Shown: positions 52,901-63,700 of the stretch, piece after piece
How positions within the stretch are numbered: position 1 is the stretch's first letter
Layout: every line of letters starts with the position of its first letter
Assembly: GCF_902652985.1 (NCBI RefSeq)
Contig: NC_047017.1
Span: forward strand, 42,222,001 to 42,286,000
Reading direction: 5' to 3'
DNA: 64,000 bases
From: Pecten maximus
Lineage: Eukaryota
Translations under genes and position numbers: made by a program
The notes under the pieces: generated by a model
The model's input: only the letters and a program-made list of their open reading frames with translations
What the model was told of the DNA's origin: nothing
Databases searched by the model: none

Positions 52901-55900
52901 ACTCAGGTAATTCAGACAATATTGTCCTTCTATTAAAACAAGGTGTTTATATCTGATAGATATTTTACATAGTTATCTTTAAGTCAAATCGTATCATTCT
53001 TGTGGTAATGACTAATCTTATTTCACGGTGTTTACATGGTCAGCACAAACATTAGCTTTGCATTTTTGTGTTTTTGTTTAGGTTGAAAACCACAAATATA
53101 CTAATTCCAAATTCTTCGAGACTTGAGTGGTTCGCCGAGACTTATATACAATTTTCTATATGAATACACATTAATATCTTTATCTTACCGTAGTGATCAT
53201 CAGCGGTGTCCAGTACGTCATCTGTCAATATAGAAGAGAGATCACGATAACTGTGTTAGTGAACAGTCCAGTACATGTTTAATATTAACGACATATAGCA
53301 AAATAGTCTACCTGTAACATCAATGAAGTTAATATATAATCATCTACGAAAACGTGTTCGAATCAGTAATTCATCTTATCATTTAATGGTGATTCGATTC
53401 CGAATGACTATTACATGTAGACTTACTTGTAGCGTTGCATCCAATGAAATCGAACTTTAGCAATAATGCGTTGTTAAAAGAGAGTATCTTAATCCGGACG
53501 TATCTGGCTACCAAAGGCTCCGGTAGACATCTTGTAGTCATGGAGTCCCCAGGACCATCATTTCCAGCAAATAACTTAAAGAAGTCGATGAAAGTATCTT
53601 ATATGCTTTAAAAGTATATGAATAAAATTATACTTTGAACTGCACCGAACATTCAGACGGTATTACATACAAAACATTAAATGCAAACAAAACAATATCC
53701 TTGATGAACAGAATGGACCACAAATCAACGGGTCAATAAGGATAAAAGGACATAGCATACAGAACAATTACAGTAGTTTCCGGATGCTGAACAATAAGTT
53801 TATAATTAAATTGAGCTTTAAGCTTGAGGTTTTATATTTGATACAAGGAAATTCTCTTTTAGCAACAATATTTTGACGATGACCTCAAACAGTATGACAA
53901 AAACGACTTCTTCTTTCAATGATGAAGAAACACTTGACATGTTCGGAATTTGTTGACAAAAGCAAAAGAAGGGGATTACAATATTATATGCTATAAATAC
54001 AAATGTGGAATTACTCCACTTTCATTTAACATGATCACATTGAAAAACACTATTCGGATGTCTGAGAATGAACATGTATGAATATTGAGTGTTGAAAAAA
54101 ACGTATTCGATAAAGCGCAAGATTCAGAGATATGTATTTCTCTGTTAAGAAACCAAAGTATGGAAATAATTTCAGTCACTTAAGTATTTAATACATACAA
54201 TGTATAAATTCCCTCTCGATCATGGTCTACCAAACTTCGCAAAAGTGCATCAACCATGGAAATAGGATCAAATAATCAATTTTCCTTAATTGTAGTGATA
54301 CGATATACGTCAATCATGCCAGAGAGTCAATAAATTAGTTTGTTATCTACCTTAACATTGCCGAACACGTCAAGTACTGTGTACCATGTGGATCCGTCCA
54401 TGCTGTATAGTACATTGTAGGACTCTACATACCAAACCAGGTGTCCCATGGTCACGATACAATAGATGTTCGTGATACGACGAAAGTCAACCTAAAGAAA
54501 GTGTTACAAATCATCACAACACTCGTCAGTATACGCCGAATAGACGCTGAAAGTGAACATATCATTTTGTTATTTGTTAAGGTATCAATACAACATTCGA
54601 TGTTCTGCTAAGAAAAACAAATACGTTTCGAGTTGCCAGTTGTTACTCAGTACGAATATATAATATAAGTATCGAATGCTAATTTATTTTGATCACAGCG
54701 TATTGACGATTCTTCTATTGCTGCGACAATATCAATATATGTTGTTGTTTTTTTATCAAAACGTAATAATTACCTGTACATATGCGTCAGTTGTGTTTGA
54801 CACCGCCCAATATGAGTTGCACCTCTCTGTATTGGCCTCTAGACGTCCTGCCCATGGTTCATAACCTTCATCAATAGCGGGAGATTCATAGAAGCTAGAC
54901 GCAGTTATCTGTGAATTTCGTACTCCGTATGACTTGGTGGCAAGTGCGCTGCTGCAATCAGTGGCTGAATAACAAATACAATTAAACATATATAAATATT
55001 TATTAATGACATAATAATTCCAAAAGATACCCGATTAGCATCCATCTTTTTATTGCAAAGCAGCAAAGATGGGTGAAACCCATATTGTTAAACCAGAAAT
55101 AAAACTCGTAATCTGAAGCTAAAGCTAAAGATATATCCGGAAAACCTTGTCGCATTTAGAAATTCATGAACAGTTGACAAACTAAACTAGAGACATGATA
55201 AAACAGATATCTGCCGATAGAAAGAAACTTATATATACTAAACGATCAGAATTGAATGAACGTCACAAGGGTTGGTCATTATAATATAAATCGAATGCCC
55301 ATAAAATGTTGTTTTTTTCGATTTTTTTTTTCAACGTGAAATATCATGCGGCCCATCACACTTGAGCGCGAGTTTGGACCAGCCTCCATTATTCAACTAT
55401 CTTGGCTATCAACGTACGTGACCAGTGGACAGACATGACGGACGGTGCGAACGCATTGATGCGCGCCCGAGATGGGGCAATTCCCGTTGGTCATCTACGC
55501 TACTGCTGCAGCCGAAATAACCAGTAAGACCAGGGATATTTATCACGTACCGATTATAACTCATATGTAGGTAAACATGCTTACAAGCCATACGTATAAT
55601 CAGTTGTACCTTGTCAGACAACACGAACAATCACCAAAATTAATCATAAATGTTACATCTTCCACATATATTGATAATAACATTATTATCATTATTCAAT
55701 CTAAAAAGTTGTTCTCTACTCACGTCTCCAGACCAGTTTACTTACGGGCACTATTAGGGATACCTGGAATAACACATTACACAAATATTTAAGTTTCAGC
55801 ATCGTTTCAGTCAAGCTATCGATCCAAACAATTTTATCGTTTTCTTTATTGAGTACTTCCTGTTAAAAAGTTCGTTATTCAATGGTCATTTCAAATCAAT

Positions 55901-58900
55901 ATAAACACAATTGTCGGTTAATGATAGAGATTTGCGACAAGACATGTTTCGTCATAATAAAAATAGAAAATAATACAATCCCCGTTAGTTGAATAGATAA
56001 AACATACTGATAATTCTGTTATGGAAAGTGATGTCTACCTACCAGTGGAGTTACAACATCCCACGAGATCAAAACGAAGAGCTAGTCCATTTGTCCATTG
56101 CTTTGGATATAATCGTACATATTTTGCACTGAAAGGCGGCGATAAGCTGTTCAGGACAACAACTTCCGACGAATTCGTATTGGCTGGAAATATCTAAATA
56201 GTTGCAAGATGAAACCTGAATTATTTCATCTCATCTACTAAAACATTCCTTTGTAAAAAGTAAAGCTACATCAATAGATAAGAGTCGATTGATACATGTA
56301 TGAATAAATATCATTGTTTTATGATTCCAATACTGTGTCAATTTTGAGTATGATTATTTCTATTTCATAAACCATTTAAACGGTTGTTTATGTAATATAC
56401 CATTTCAAAGGTTGTTTATATTATATACCAGTTCAGTGGTTGTTTTTATAATATACCAGTTTAGTGGTTGTTTTTTATGATATACCAGTTTAATGGTTGT
56501 TTATACTATTTACCATCTTAATGGCTTTTTTTGTGATATACCATCTCAATGGTTATTTATATTATATACCATTTGATGATTGTTTATGTTATATGCCATT
56601 ATGATGGTCGTTTATGTAATATACCACTTTTATAATTGTTTAACTGATATACCAATTCAATTGAATCGTTTATACTATACCATTGTAATCTTAGTGTATA
56701 TGATATACCATTGTAATGGTAGTGTATATGATATACCATTTATGTCTGTGATGTGATAAACTATATCAATAAGAGCCGATTTGATATACCACTTGAATGA
56801 TTGTTGATATTATATATCATTTTGATGGTTATCTATATTACATACCATTTCAATGGTTGTTTATATTATACACCATTATAATTGTTGTTCATATACTAAA
56901 ACATTGTAATGGTAGTTTATGTGATATACCATTTTAATGGTTGTATAGTTTGCAGACCACAGTAGGATTGCCCGGTCATGGGTGATTTTTATAAGCAAAT
57001 AACTCCTGTATTATGATATGAATAAAATAATTAAAAATGTATACTATAATTCGTATATTCATTATGAATAAGTATATACGTGCTTCATTTGTTTAAGGAC
57101 TCACACAACTAAATAAGCTTATCAGCTGGTATTTCACCTGAACCAAGCTCTTCAGAGAAATGTGTTTCTTAGGTTTGTAGATGTTTTCCTGAGTAAACAA
57201 CATATGAAATGGATACTTTCTATATACGAGAATAATGGTTGGGGTCTAAAGATTCAAAAAATCAAAACTATACACTCCTAATGAAAATAGAATGACGTAG
57301 AATTCCAGGTGTAAAAAGGCTGAAAAAGGTGGGGGATCCTAGTACACTTTACATTTGCCAGTAACCTTATACAATAACAGCATTTATAAGATAGAATAAC
57401 TTCAAACTTTAATTTAAATAAATTCCATATCATTGGAACTTCAAACGAGCGATGAGGGATGGAGTCACTAGTAATAACATATATAGAGATATTTAGTTGT
57501 GTTAGCCCTATAAAATGAGTTCGAGATGAGAAATTTCCGGATTTTCTGAAAGTGTGTTTCAACCGGAATTTAGTTTTGCCTTTCAGCAAAAAATGGTCTG
57601 TAATTATTGCGTTCTCTTACTAGGTAAGATAGCGAAAACGCTTTATGATGAACACATGCCAAAACAAATATTAATTCTGTTTTTTTTTTGTTTTTGTTTT
57701 TTTATAGATTTCAGGAAAACAAATGTGGAGATAACTGTGTCATGTTGAGTCAAAAATCATGATATTTTGCAATTTTAAAGTGTTTTGAAGTGGTTACCAT
57801 GATATATTCACAGGCCTCAAAAACATAGCAAAAATACCTTTACTTATCCTTCACAGCTGTATTAAAATTGCAAATGTTGTATAGATTACAAATATATATA
57901 CTTTATTAGAGGTAATATGTATGGTTAATTGACTATATTTAGATATCCAAAAAAATATACCTTATTTTTGTCAGAATTTTGCAATTTTTAATGTGCATTG
58001 ATACCGCATGTGATAAACTATTTTAATGGTTGTTTATATACTTTACGATTGTGATCGTAGTTTATGTAATTTACCACTTCAATGATATGGTTGCTTGTGT
58101 AATATACCATTATGACGGTTGTTTACTGATATGTCATTGTAATGGTTGTTTATATTTGTAGTCATGTGTAGTTACCAATGTAATTCTTCTCTATTTCGTT
58201 ATGAACAAATTGGATGTGAATATTTTTGCCCAAGGTATTGAATCCTGTATGGTACATGTTGAGTATTGTCGAACTGTTTATTATTTACCCGTCACATCAC
58301 TGTATTGAATCCTTTATGGTAAATGTACATATATATCTTCGTGGTCGTTTGTGTACAATCAAACTTGGTATTACATATTGAGCTTTTTCAGATATTTACA
58401 TTTTAAGTACAAATTTAATTAAGAAAGAATACCGTGTTCTGTCTTCGCACTTATATATCGATATATATTCAATACCGCGGCGAGTGACATATATACCCAG
58501 ATAAGGAGACCGAAGTTGGAATGGGAGGAAAGGTCATTGATTTTCCATTTCTCTTTTGATAGCTTTGTAAACATTCTCAACTAAACATGTACACATTTGT
58601 ACTTCTTTTTATCTGAATCGAACAAATACCAGCGAAAATTAATCGTATGTTTAATACCAACAGAAATCCCTGTGCAAACCCTGACAAAAAATAACAGGGA
58701 AAGTTAATCAAACCGAAATTCATTTACTTTCATTAATAAGCTTTTAATGTAATATTTATGAATACATCTAATGAAAGGCCGTTCATGTCGAAAAAAAAAA
58801 GAAAGAATTAATACATTAGCATTTAACGCGTTAAACATGAACTAAAACTAACTAGTTTTAACGCGTTAAACATGAACTAAAACTGAAACTAATTTTAACG

Positions 58901-61900
58901 CGTTAGATTTATCATGTAATGTGTTATTTTTGTTTTCTTACCTTCGCAAGTCAAACGCGATAAAAGTAGTAGATATTTTTTAACTTGTGAAAATGACTCA
59001 AATAACAAAACAATCGATTTTGTTGTTGCACACATTCCAATGTTACAGTACAGTATGGCTGACGATGCCAGAACCAGATTCCTGGATAAAATCGGAACAC
59101 CAGTGGACAACTGCTATCGTGGTGACAATGGGTGTGCTGCTAACACCAGAGACACCTGTACAAATACAACACTGTTATTTCTATTTTATAGAGATTCATA
59201 AAGATATATCTAAACTACTTGTTTATTCCCTAATTATTGTAATATTGGTCATGCGTATACACAACGCCACTACCTACACTGTTCGAAGTGCGGGGATATG
59301 TCTATTGTATGGCATTGTATCATATAAGATTGAGTTTTCTGTTTACAGTTATTAATGTATAAACCGCCAACCGAACGTGTAACACCTCTCCGTTTTGAAG
59401 TCTGAATGAATCAGCCTGTCTTCATAACAATAAATTGTGAACTGGAGGCAGACTAGTTGTATTCCTATTTCTAAGGACACTTTATAGTTCATAACTTGTA
59501 TAGACTATTTCAGGGTTAATGAATGCAATGGTTCGTAGTAAGAGGTACAAACACGTCCACAACGTTGCCACGTCTGCCGACCCCGATTGAGGAAACACTG
59601 ACGTGTAATGAAATTTGGAGTACTTGATGGATAGACAGTAGCTACATTTCGTTTTCTGTAAACTGCTTTTATAGCCTGGTCTATTGCTATATGTTGTTAT
59701 GTAGCATCTCACCAAACACTGACGAAAATTCCGCTTTCGTGGCGGTGAGTGCAGGCACATCTCGGAACTATAAATAATGTGACGTCATCAGGATGTAACA
59801 GTTACAGCAATGTACCATAATGTATATCTTATGAAAATGAACACACAAATAAGCAGCAGATTGAGGCACAATGAAACTAGCAAAAGTTTAATTCAGGGAT
59901 CATTGTATAAACTGAATATTGCTACAGTCTCTATTTCATCGGTTTTCAGAAATACCGACGTTCTCATTGAAGAGTTAATATTATGACAACGTTATAGTAA
60001 TATTCTGTCATAAAAGTGTTTGAAATTCCAAAATAATAGCCTATGTAGAGCAAAAAAAAAAAAAACGCACGCTTAAATCATAATTAACATATCGTAGTCA
60101 TACGTTGAGTCTATATTTGGGACGAAGCATCCTTGAAACATCCATGTATTCCGCTTTCATTGAGAACTTACAGTTGTAACGGTGCAACTGATTGGTCAAT
60201 CAGATTAGCATTAAACGCGTTAAAATAGCCCTGACCGTGTTTAAGGCTTTAAAGGCTAACGCGGTAAATTTATCTCGTTTTTGACATGAACGGCCTGTGA
60301 TCATATTTTGGCTATGTATCTACATGTCAAGAGAAATGTAATCACATACCTTATCGTAGTTTGAAATAGCAATTTGTTAACTTTAGCGATGGTCAAATGA
60401 CGCTGGTTGTGGTTTGGACAGCAAAGATACCATTAATAGACCAATTAATGGATGGATAACTTGAAAATCATTGTTCGGTTTTAATTAAACTATACTTTCG
60501 AACCAATCATTAGGATAGCTAATTACATAGAAGAATGTTGCTAAACGGACTTTTAGAATGAATATTTTGTTTTTACTATTTCACAATATTGTTGAGATTT
60601 TGAGGAGAATAAAATGAATATGTACAAGTTTTTAGCTATATTATATCCTAATTCAATAAGCATATAGTTAACAAATGTACAGGATGAAATAATCAGAATT
60701 CATATGCAATGTACAAGATGGCGGAGGATAATTCCATACTAAAACATACACCATAATTTCCATTCCTCAAATTGGTAAAGCCATGCATGTCTCTTGATCC
60801 ACCGTGCCAACGTTACACATTACGGACAACATGACACCTGAATGCCGACATTTAGTTTATTTGGTGGAAATATTCGCATGTAAATATTTCAAGTGTTTTT
60901 ATGTTCGCGTGCGTATATTTTCGCGGAGATTTAATGATCGCGAAATAAGCGAACATTTCCACTTCTACAGTAAACGAACATTTTGCTACTTACCAATGGT
61001 CCAGAGCTATTGCTCACAGTGACCCAGGAACTACCATTAATGCTGTAAGAAACAGTATACGCCTCAACCCAATTCTCGACATCGTAACGCCCAAGCGTCG
61101 CTACTTCACGAATTTCGCATACGTCTCCAAATTCAGCCTACGTGATGTAAACAAATATACTAGTACATATTTTAATTTGGTGTCAGATGTAGTTATACAA
61201 ATTAAACATACATAATGTAAACAAATATACTGGTACATATCTTAATTTGGTGTCAGATGTAGTTATACAAATTCATGACCCCTGTTAATCGTATCAGATA
61301 GTTACAAAATAAAATAAACGTTCTGTTGATCATGTATGTGTATCCTCGGGTATCAGATCTCTATTGTTAGTGGTTTTAATATCAATGACGTTACCCGGTA
61401 CCTTGGAATTTAAACGCTCTATATACCAGACCGGATAAGATATAGCAGGAATGACTCGGGGTATTCTATTTTTATTTGTCAACAAATGTATGTACAGTAA
61501 TTGAATATCATACAGTGACCAATCGCTGCGATGCTATTCCGGATGTAACTGACCTGGATGTAGGGACTATTGTCCGTTGAGGTAGGCATCCATCCTCCAT
61601 AATACCTTGCATTACTCTCAACGGTAGCGTTCAGTCGTGATTTCCATGGCTCTAAGCCTATGTGAAGGAAGCTAGACGCCGATATTTGATCGTTTGCTAT
61701 ACCTTCTGTTCCTCTGCCATCAGGTCCACTTACTAAATAGTCAGTGCATGCTATGGATACTGAAATGTATGGACATCGCATCATCGTTCTCTAACGAAAC
61801 TGCATTGCATTAACTATCCTGAAAGTTGGTATCATACATTGCGTACTAAGGAAATTGGTAAAGCAATGGAAAACCACACGGGTTTCCTCCCAGTAGTTGA

Positions 61901-63177
61901 TATATGGAGGATATCTAACACTGTCTCTAGTAATACCAAATATACTTCACGAGTGTGGCTTATATTTTGATATTTTTCATGAGTGCGTATCTTATAGAAT
62001 GTTCCTTTTGGCTCCTTTATAAATAAGTCTATACATATATCAGTTATGTTTCAATAAACAACAATGCGATTTTACATACGAAAAATTATGAATGAATTTA
62101 TTCATCATTTCAAATACAGATATCTTTTGCGTAAGATGTATTTTAAGAAATAAATCTTAAACGTTTTGCATTTTTGCGAGCCTCGTGGACAAATTTAAAG
62201 TACTTTTATCACATAATTAAGAAAAGTAATATTTTGACAGGTAACTAAGACTAAATTAATCGGACATTGTCAAACGGAGACTGATAATTTGCAGGGTTAT
62301 TCATAATGTTTAACTTCACAATACATTACTGAGTATCTTACAGAAGGGGCGGGAAAAGGGCCTGTCCAAGCAGTGCGCACTTATCTAATTAGTCCATACA
62401 TTGACGTATTTATGCGAATTGGACCAATTAAAATGATCACGCATATGGTGCACGTGACTCCCAACGCGTAAGCAGCACACAGCGTTCCCTTTTACATGTA
62501 CTGTATCACTCACTTTCTATAAAATAGTCAGCATGAAAGATTTCCTCCTTACATAAATAATGAATTCAAGCAAGAAATATCTTTAAAAAAGACAAACGGC
62601 ATAGTTTTAATGCTAGTGGTTATAATATAAAACTGCTGGTGAAATAAATTAACGAAGTAATAATATGTTTCAGCACGGTTAACAAAATTACATCAATTTG
62701 AATCATTTTTTGTGAAAATAAGACTATTTGAATCAGGAATGTAATTTTATTAGTGTGTCATTTGAAAAGATACATCCACTTATTCATTTTGCATTCAATC
62801 TTCATTTTGTTTCGTTTTTAACTGCATAACTGCGTTTTGCATTTATCGCTACATTGACCAATCACATATTTCATCTTTACCAGTAACGCCACCTGTCGCG
62901 TCATATCCGGGACCAAAAGAATATTATACCGCTATGCCGAAAAATAGCTTTACTTGAAACTCCACTTGCGACATCACTGTAAGTTTTAGAAACTGTTACT
63001 GATCCCAAACACATTTCTCTGTAATCTATATCTGAGTAAATCACTCGACTTGACAATTCAATTTGGTTTTGTTTTTATGTAAAAGAAAGTCGGCCATTAA
63101 CCGTACCTTTATGCAGGCTTACCTTTGATGAACAGAACTCCGAGGTATATCATCAGTACGACGCTTAGGTAGTGCAT
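30910..63177 (-). CDS. Multi-exon gene: signal peptide, five discoidin (F5/8 type C) domains, Thr/Ser-rich mucin stalk, TM helix, short tail (about 1177 aa, 20 coding exons)
   Basis: Exons on the minus strand: 63177-63123, 61759-61554, 61137-60994, 56193-56043, 54964-54774, 54491-54351, 53574-53427, 53221-53189, 52929-52760, 47793-47653, 47011-46858, 38499-38470, 38267-38104, 37911-37789, 37435-37291, 36448-36413, 36114-35963, 32878-32732, 32432-32282, 31961-30910. All are AG/GT bounded with matching phases; total 3534 nt. Motifs xASS, EPWxxRL, YIQVD, YSxDG, F(P/A)GN and LRFDxxGC repeat five times. Confidence 0.88.
32282..36114 (-). CDS. Discoidin domain 5 (36114-35963, 32878-32732, 32432-32282)
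   Basis: ITASSS...GRL...FIQ / VDFGTLVNIT...YNSDGDKW / LFPAND...IRISP...LRFDIIGC. Confidence 0.88.
33293..34360. mobile_element. Probable nested non-autonomous repeat fragments
   Basis: Motifs such as ACAAGTGGCTCATG, GGGTCATGAAATT and TTTCTATGGCAAC resemble common molluscan interspersed repeats. No coding capacity; boundaries uncertain. Confidence 0.3.
36413..38499 (-). CDS. Linker microexon 38499-38470, discoidin domain 4 (38267-38104, 37911-37789, 37435-37291) and linker microexon 36448-36413
   Basis: FSASS...EPWNSRY...YIQ / VDLQTE...YYDGTDW / LIPGN...TRYLRLLP...LRFDILGC. Confidence 0.85.
37033..37102. repeat. 70-bp near-perfect inverted repeat (34-bp arms)
   Basis: TAAGGGTTAACTGTAATATTTTTTTGTGTTATTG pairs with CAATAACGTAAAAAAATATTATAGTTAACCCTTA. 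Confidence 0.8.
38683..39629. repeat. 21-bp satellite (GTACATAACAAAGTCAGAGTY), left arm, about 45 copies
   Basis: Tandem copies, intronic, interrupted by the LTR element. Confidence 0.97.
39630..39780 (+). repeat. 5' LTR
   Basis: TGTAGTG...CACCACA; contains TATATAA and AATAAA. Confidence 0.95.
39784..39797 (+). promoter_or_regulatory. Primer-binding site, probably for tRNA-Ser(GCU)
   Basis: TGGCGACGAGGATG lies 3 nt after the LTR and is complementary to the ...CAUCCUCGUCGCCA 3' end of animal tRNA-Ser(GCU), recalled from memory. Confidence 0.75.
39988..44022 (+). CDS. Gag-Pol polyprotein (Gag, two zinc knuckles, PR, RT, RNase H, IN), 1344 aa
   Basis: CYRCKGTHHPNDC and CHKCNKKGHIKKAC; LDTGS; RT ICGDFK...ILDD; RNase H TDAS/DKEAL/TDHQPL; IN HHCC plus HIDFAGP, SDNGPQF, NGLAER. 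RT-RH-IN order indicates Gypsy. Confidence 0.97.
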   Translation: MTGKVGRIDTFDESIERWEAYKERLDQYFIANTIKEEKQVPALLSLIGGRTYGLLRDLTAPDLPATKTYPVLTKILQDHYSPKPLVIAERYRFHKRDQREGESIRDYNAALRKLSENCTFGDTLNDTLRDRLVCGLKAEHIQKKLLTESDLTYQKALEVAIAFETATKDAVELQRQHVKTPVHKIRKEKVQQQTTKKPSFPNKHDKNKVCYRCKGTHHPNDCHFKDAICHKCNKKGHIKKACLSGKPWKKGAPVHRVQDDSGSEPEMISSLEIFDISSRSGESGGSDAIWLHPMVDDVELAMELDTGSAVSIISQSTFDRYFSKRKSDIRETKVTLKTYSGEKLSPLGVFEVQVGLNSQHKRLELFVVKHGGPPLFGRDWLRSIKLNWHEIKTVTVTGGSKQTLSVAQQLEKYPEVFKDELGTLKDITARIKVKEGANPKFCKARTVPFALKEKVDAELNRLVEAGILTKVEHSEWATPIVPIPKRDGSVRICGDFKVTVNQVLDVDQYPLPRIDDIFATLAGGQHFTKIDLKNAYLQMVVREEDQPYLTINTHRGLFRYNRLVFGISSAPAIWQRSIDQVLQGVPRVQCILDDMIVTGTTDEEHLENLETVLQRLDRYGLRVNKDKCEFFKDSIEFCGHTIDKDGLHKTPSKVETVVKAPCPENVSQLKSFLGLVNYYAKFIQNLSSIVNPLNQLLEADRKWVWSKECDAAFRRVKEVVASEQVLTHFDPSKKVQLATDASPYGLGAVLSHMMEDGSERPIAFASRSLSKSERNYSQIDKEALGIVWGVKKFYQYLYGRLFILLTDHQPLTSIFHPEKGIPMTTAARLQRYALFLAGFQYDIKYKSTTRHANADCLSRLPLVSKKETEGDTVETFIVSHMDTLPVTSKEISRETLKDPTLSKVYTTVQRGWIEGEDKCLGIFYNKRLEISIHQNCLFWGIRVIVPSALRQRVLDELHEGHVGVVKMKGLARSYVWWPGIDTDIEHVCKSCTGCQEVKHAPPAAPIHPWEWPSIPWQRIHIDFAGPFLDMMFFVAVDAHSKWPEVVPMKTTTAEKTVEVMREIFSRNGVPAQVVSDNGPQFVSEHFSNFMRCNGIKHTTSAPYHPSTNGLAERFVQSFKGAMKASKKDSGSVQKGLANLLLAYRNSKHMTTNETPAKLFIGRNLPSRLDLIKPDIRRRVDEHRWKQESKRQVPCRSFSVGEPVSIRDYRGSQKWIYGKVAEKTGPVSYKVEIAPGVFWRRHLDQLRATEVVEKPSEVNLPVKGDVTPNSPTVLLENTVSNKSRVIDNSVSSVPSTMCQESSSEVSSPSPVIEPCPTPENMLTPKRRYPRRNIVPPKKLQDFVTT
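44500..44650 (+). repeat. 3' LTR
   Basis: 150/151 identical to the 5' LTR. Confidence 0.95.
44651..45690. repeat. 21-bp satellite, right arm, about 49 copies
   Basis: Same unit as 38683-39629. Confidence 0.97.
46858..52929 (-). CDS. Discoidin domain 3 (52929-52760, 47793-47653, 47011-46858)
   Basis: FTASSF...EPWMARL...YIQ / VDLRFRR...YSNDGVNF / LFPGND...TRYIRVYP...MRFDVLGC. Confidence 0.88.
48049..52116. repeat. 32-bp satellite (ACACACYAATYAGTCATCACACCATTACAWCT), about 127 copies
   Basis: Period 32 (for example 48061 and 48093); intronic; usually one G per unit on the + strand. Confidence 0.97.
53189..54964 (-). CDS. Discoidin domain 2 (54964-54774, 54491-54351, 53574-53427) plus 33-nt linker microexon (53221-53189)
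   Basis: ITASSF...EPWAGRL...YVQ / VDFRRIT...YSMDGSTW / LFAGND...ARYVRI...FDFIGC. Confidence 0.88.
56043..61759 (-). CDS. Discoidin domain 1 (exons 61759-61554, 61137-60994, 56193-56043)
   Basis: ISASSFLHIGLEPWKSRL...YIQ / AEFGDVCEIREVATLGR...YSINGSSW / IFPANTN...YVRLYP...LRFDLVGC. Confidence 0.88.
56370..56945. repeat. Degenerate minisatellite of about 28-30 bp (ATACCATTTCAATGGTTGTTTATATT-like), resuming at about 58010-58155
   Basis: Recurrent ATACCA...TGGTTGTTTAT units, split by about 1 kb of unrelated sequence. Confidence 0.75.
58775..60297. mobile_element. Non-autonomous TIR DNA transposon, about 1.5 kb, candidate 3-bp TSD TGA
   Basis: Left AGGCCGTTCATGTCGAAAA versus right TTTTTGACATGAACGGCCT (inverted, 1 mismatch). 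TGA at 58772-58774 and 60298-60300. Subterminal TTTAACGCGTTAAA-type palindromes at both ends. Confidence 0.75.
61146..61273. repeat. Local direct duplication of about 60 bp next to the acceptor of exon 61137-60994
   Basis: ATGTAAACAAATATACT...GTCAGATGTAGTTATACAAATT appears twice. Confidence 0.8.
63123..63177 (-). CDS. Discoidin-mucin gene, first coding exon (signal peptide MHYLSVVLMIYLGVLFIK)
   Basis: Hydrophobic 18-aa leader ending at a GTAAG donor, phase 1. An acceptor at 63241 implies an upstream non-coding exon. Confidence 0.75.
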
Positions 63178-63459
63178 CTCATTAATGGATAACTGTCACC
63201 AACATAGTTACCCAATCAACTTTGTTCCAGTATGTATCACCTGTGATGATAAATGCACGTGTTATAGAACCAGCTTGTATTATTTCTATCCAACCAGAAT
63301 ATGTTTTTCTTAAAATATTGGTAACGTTTCATGTAGTACAAGTTTATCCAATATTATAAAGAATAATGGGCATGTATATAGCAATACTTCGGATGCTCTG
63401 ACCCCGTTTACTTATACTAAGTTGGTACGGAAATGAATGCATTTACTTACAATGGGTCA

Positions 63460-63700
63460 GTTGAAGCAACCAGAATTTGTTTTACTTCCACGTAAGCCAA
63501 TGTAACTTGAGACAAACAGAATTAGTTTTACTTCCACCTAAATGGGTCTGATTTGAGTCAAAACAAAATTTGTTTAACTTCCACGTAAGTCGTTATAATT
63601 TTAGACAACCTGGATTTGTTTTACCTCCATGTAAGACAGTGTTAGTTGAGACATCCAGAACAAGTTGAGACAACCAGATTTTCACTTACGTCTACGTTAG
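63460..63700. repeat. Degenerate repeat of about 46 bp (TTGAGACAACCAGAATTTGTTTTACTTCCACGTAAG core), about 5 copies
   Basis: Recurrent core visible upstream of the discoidin-gene start codon. Confidence 0.65.

Noticed and set aside
58942-59155. Exon-like segment (CAG...GTAAG, minus strand) and + strand ORF 58987-59355
   Set aside because: 214 nt with stops in all three minus-strand frames, no recognisable domain, and located inside the TIR element. The flanking exons join in phase without it.
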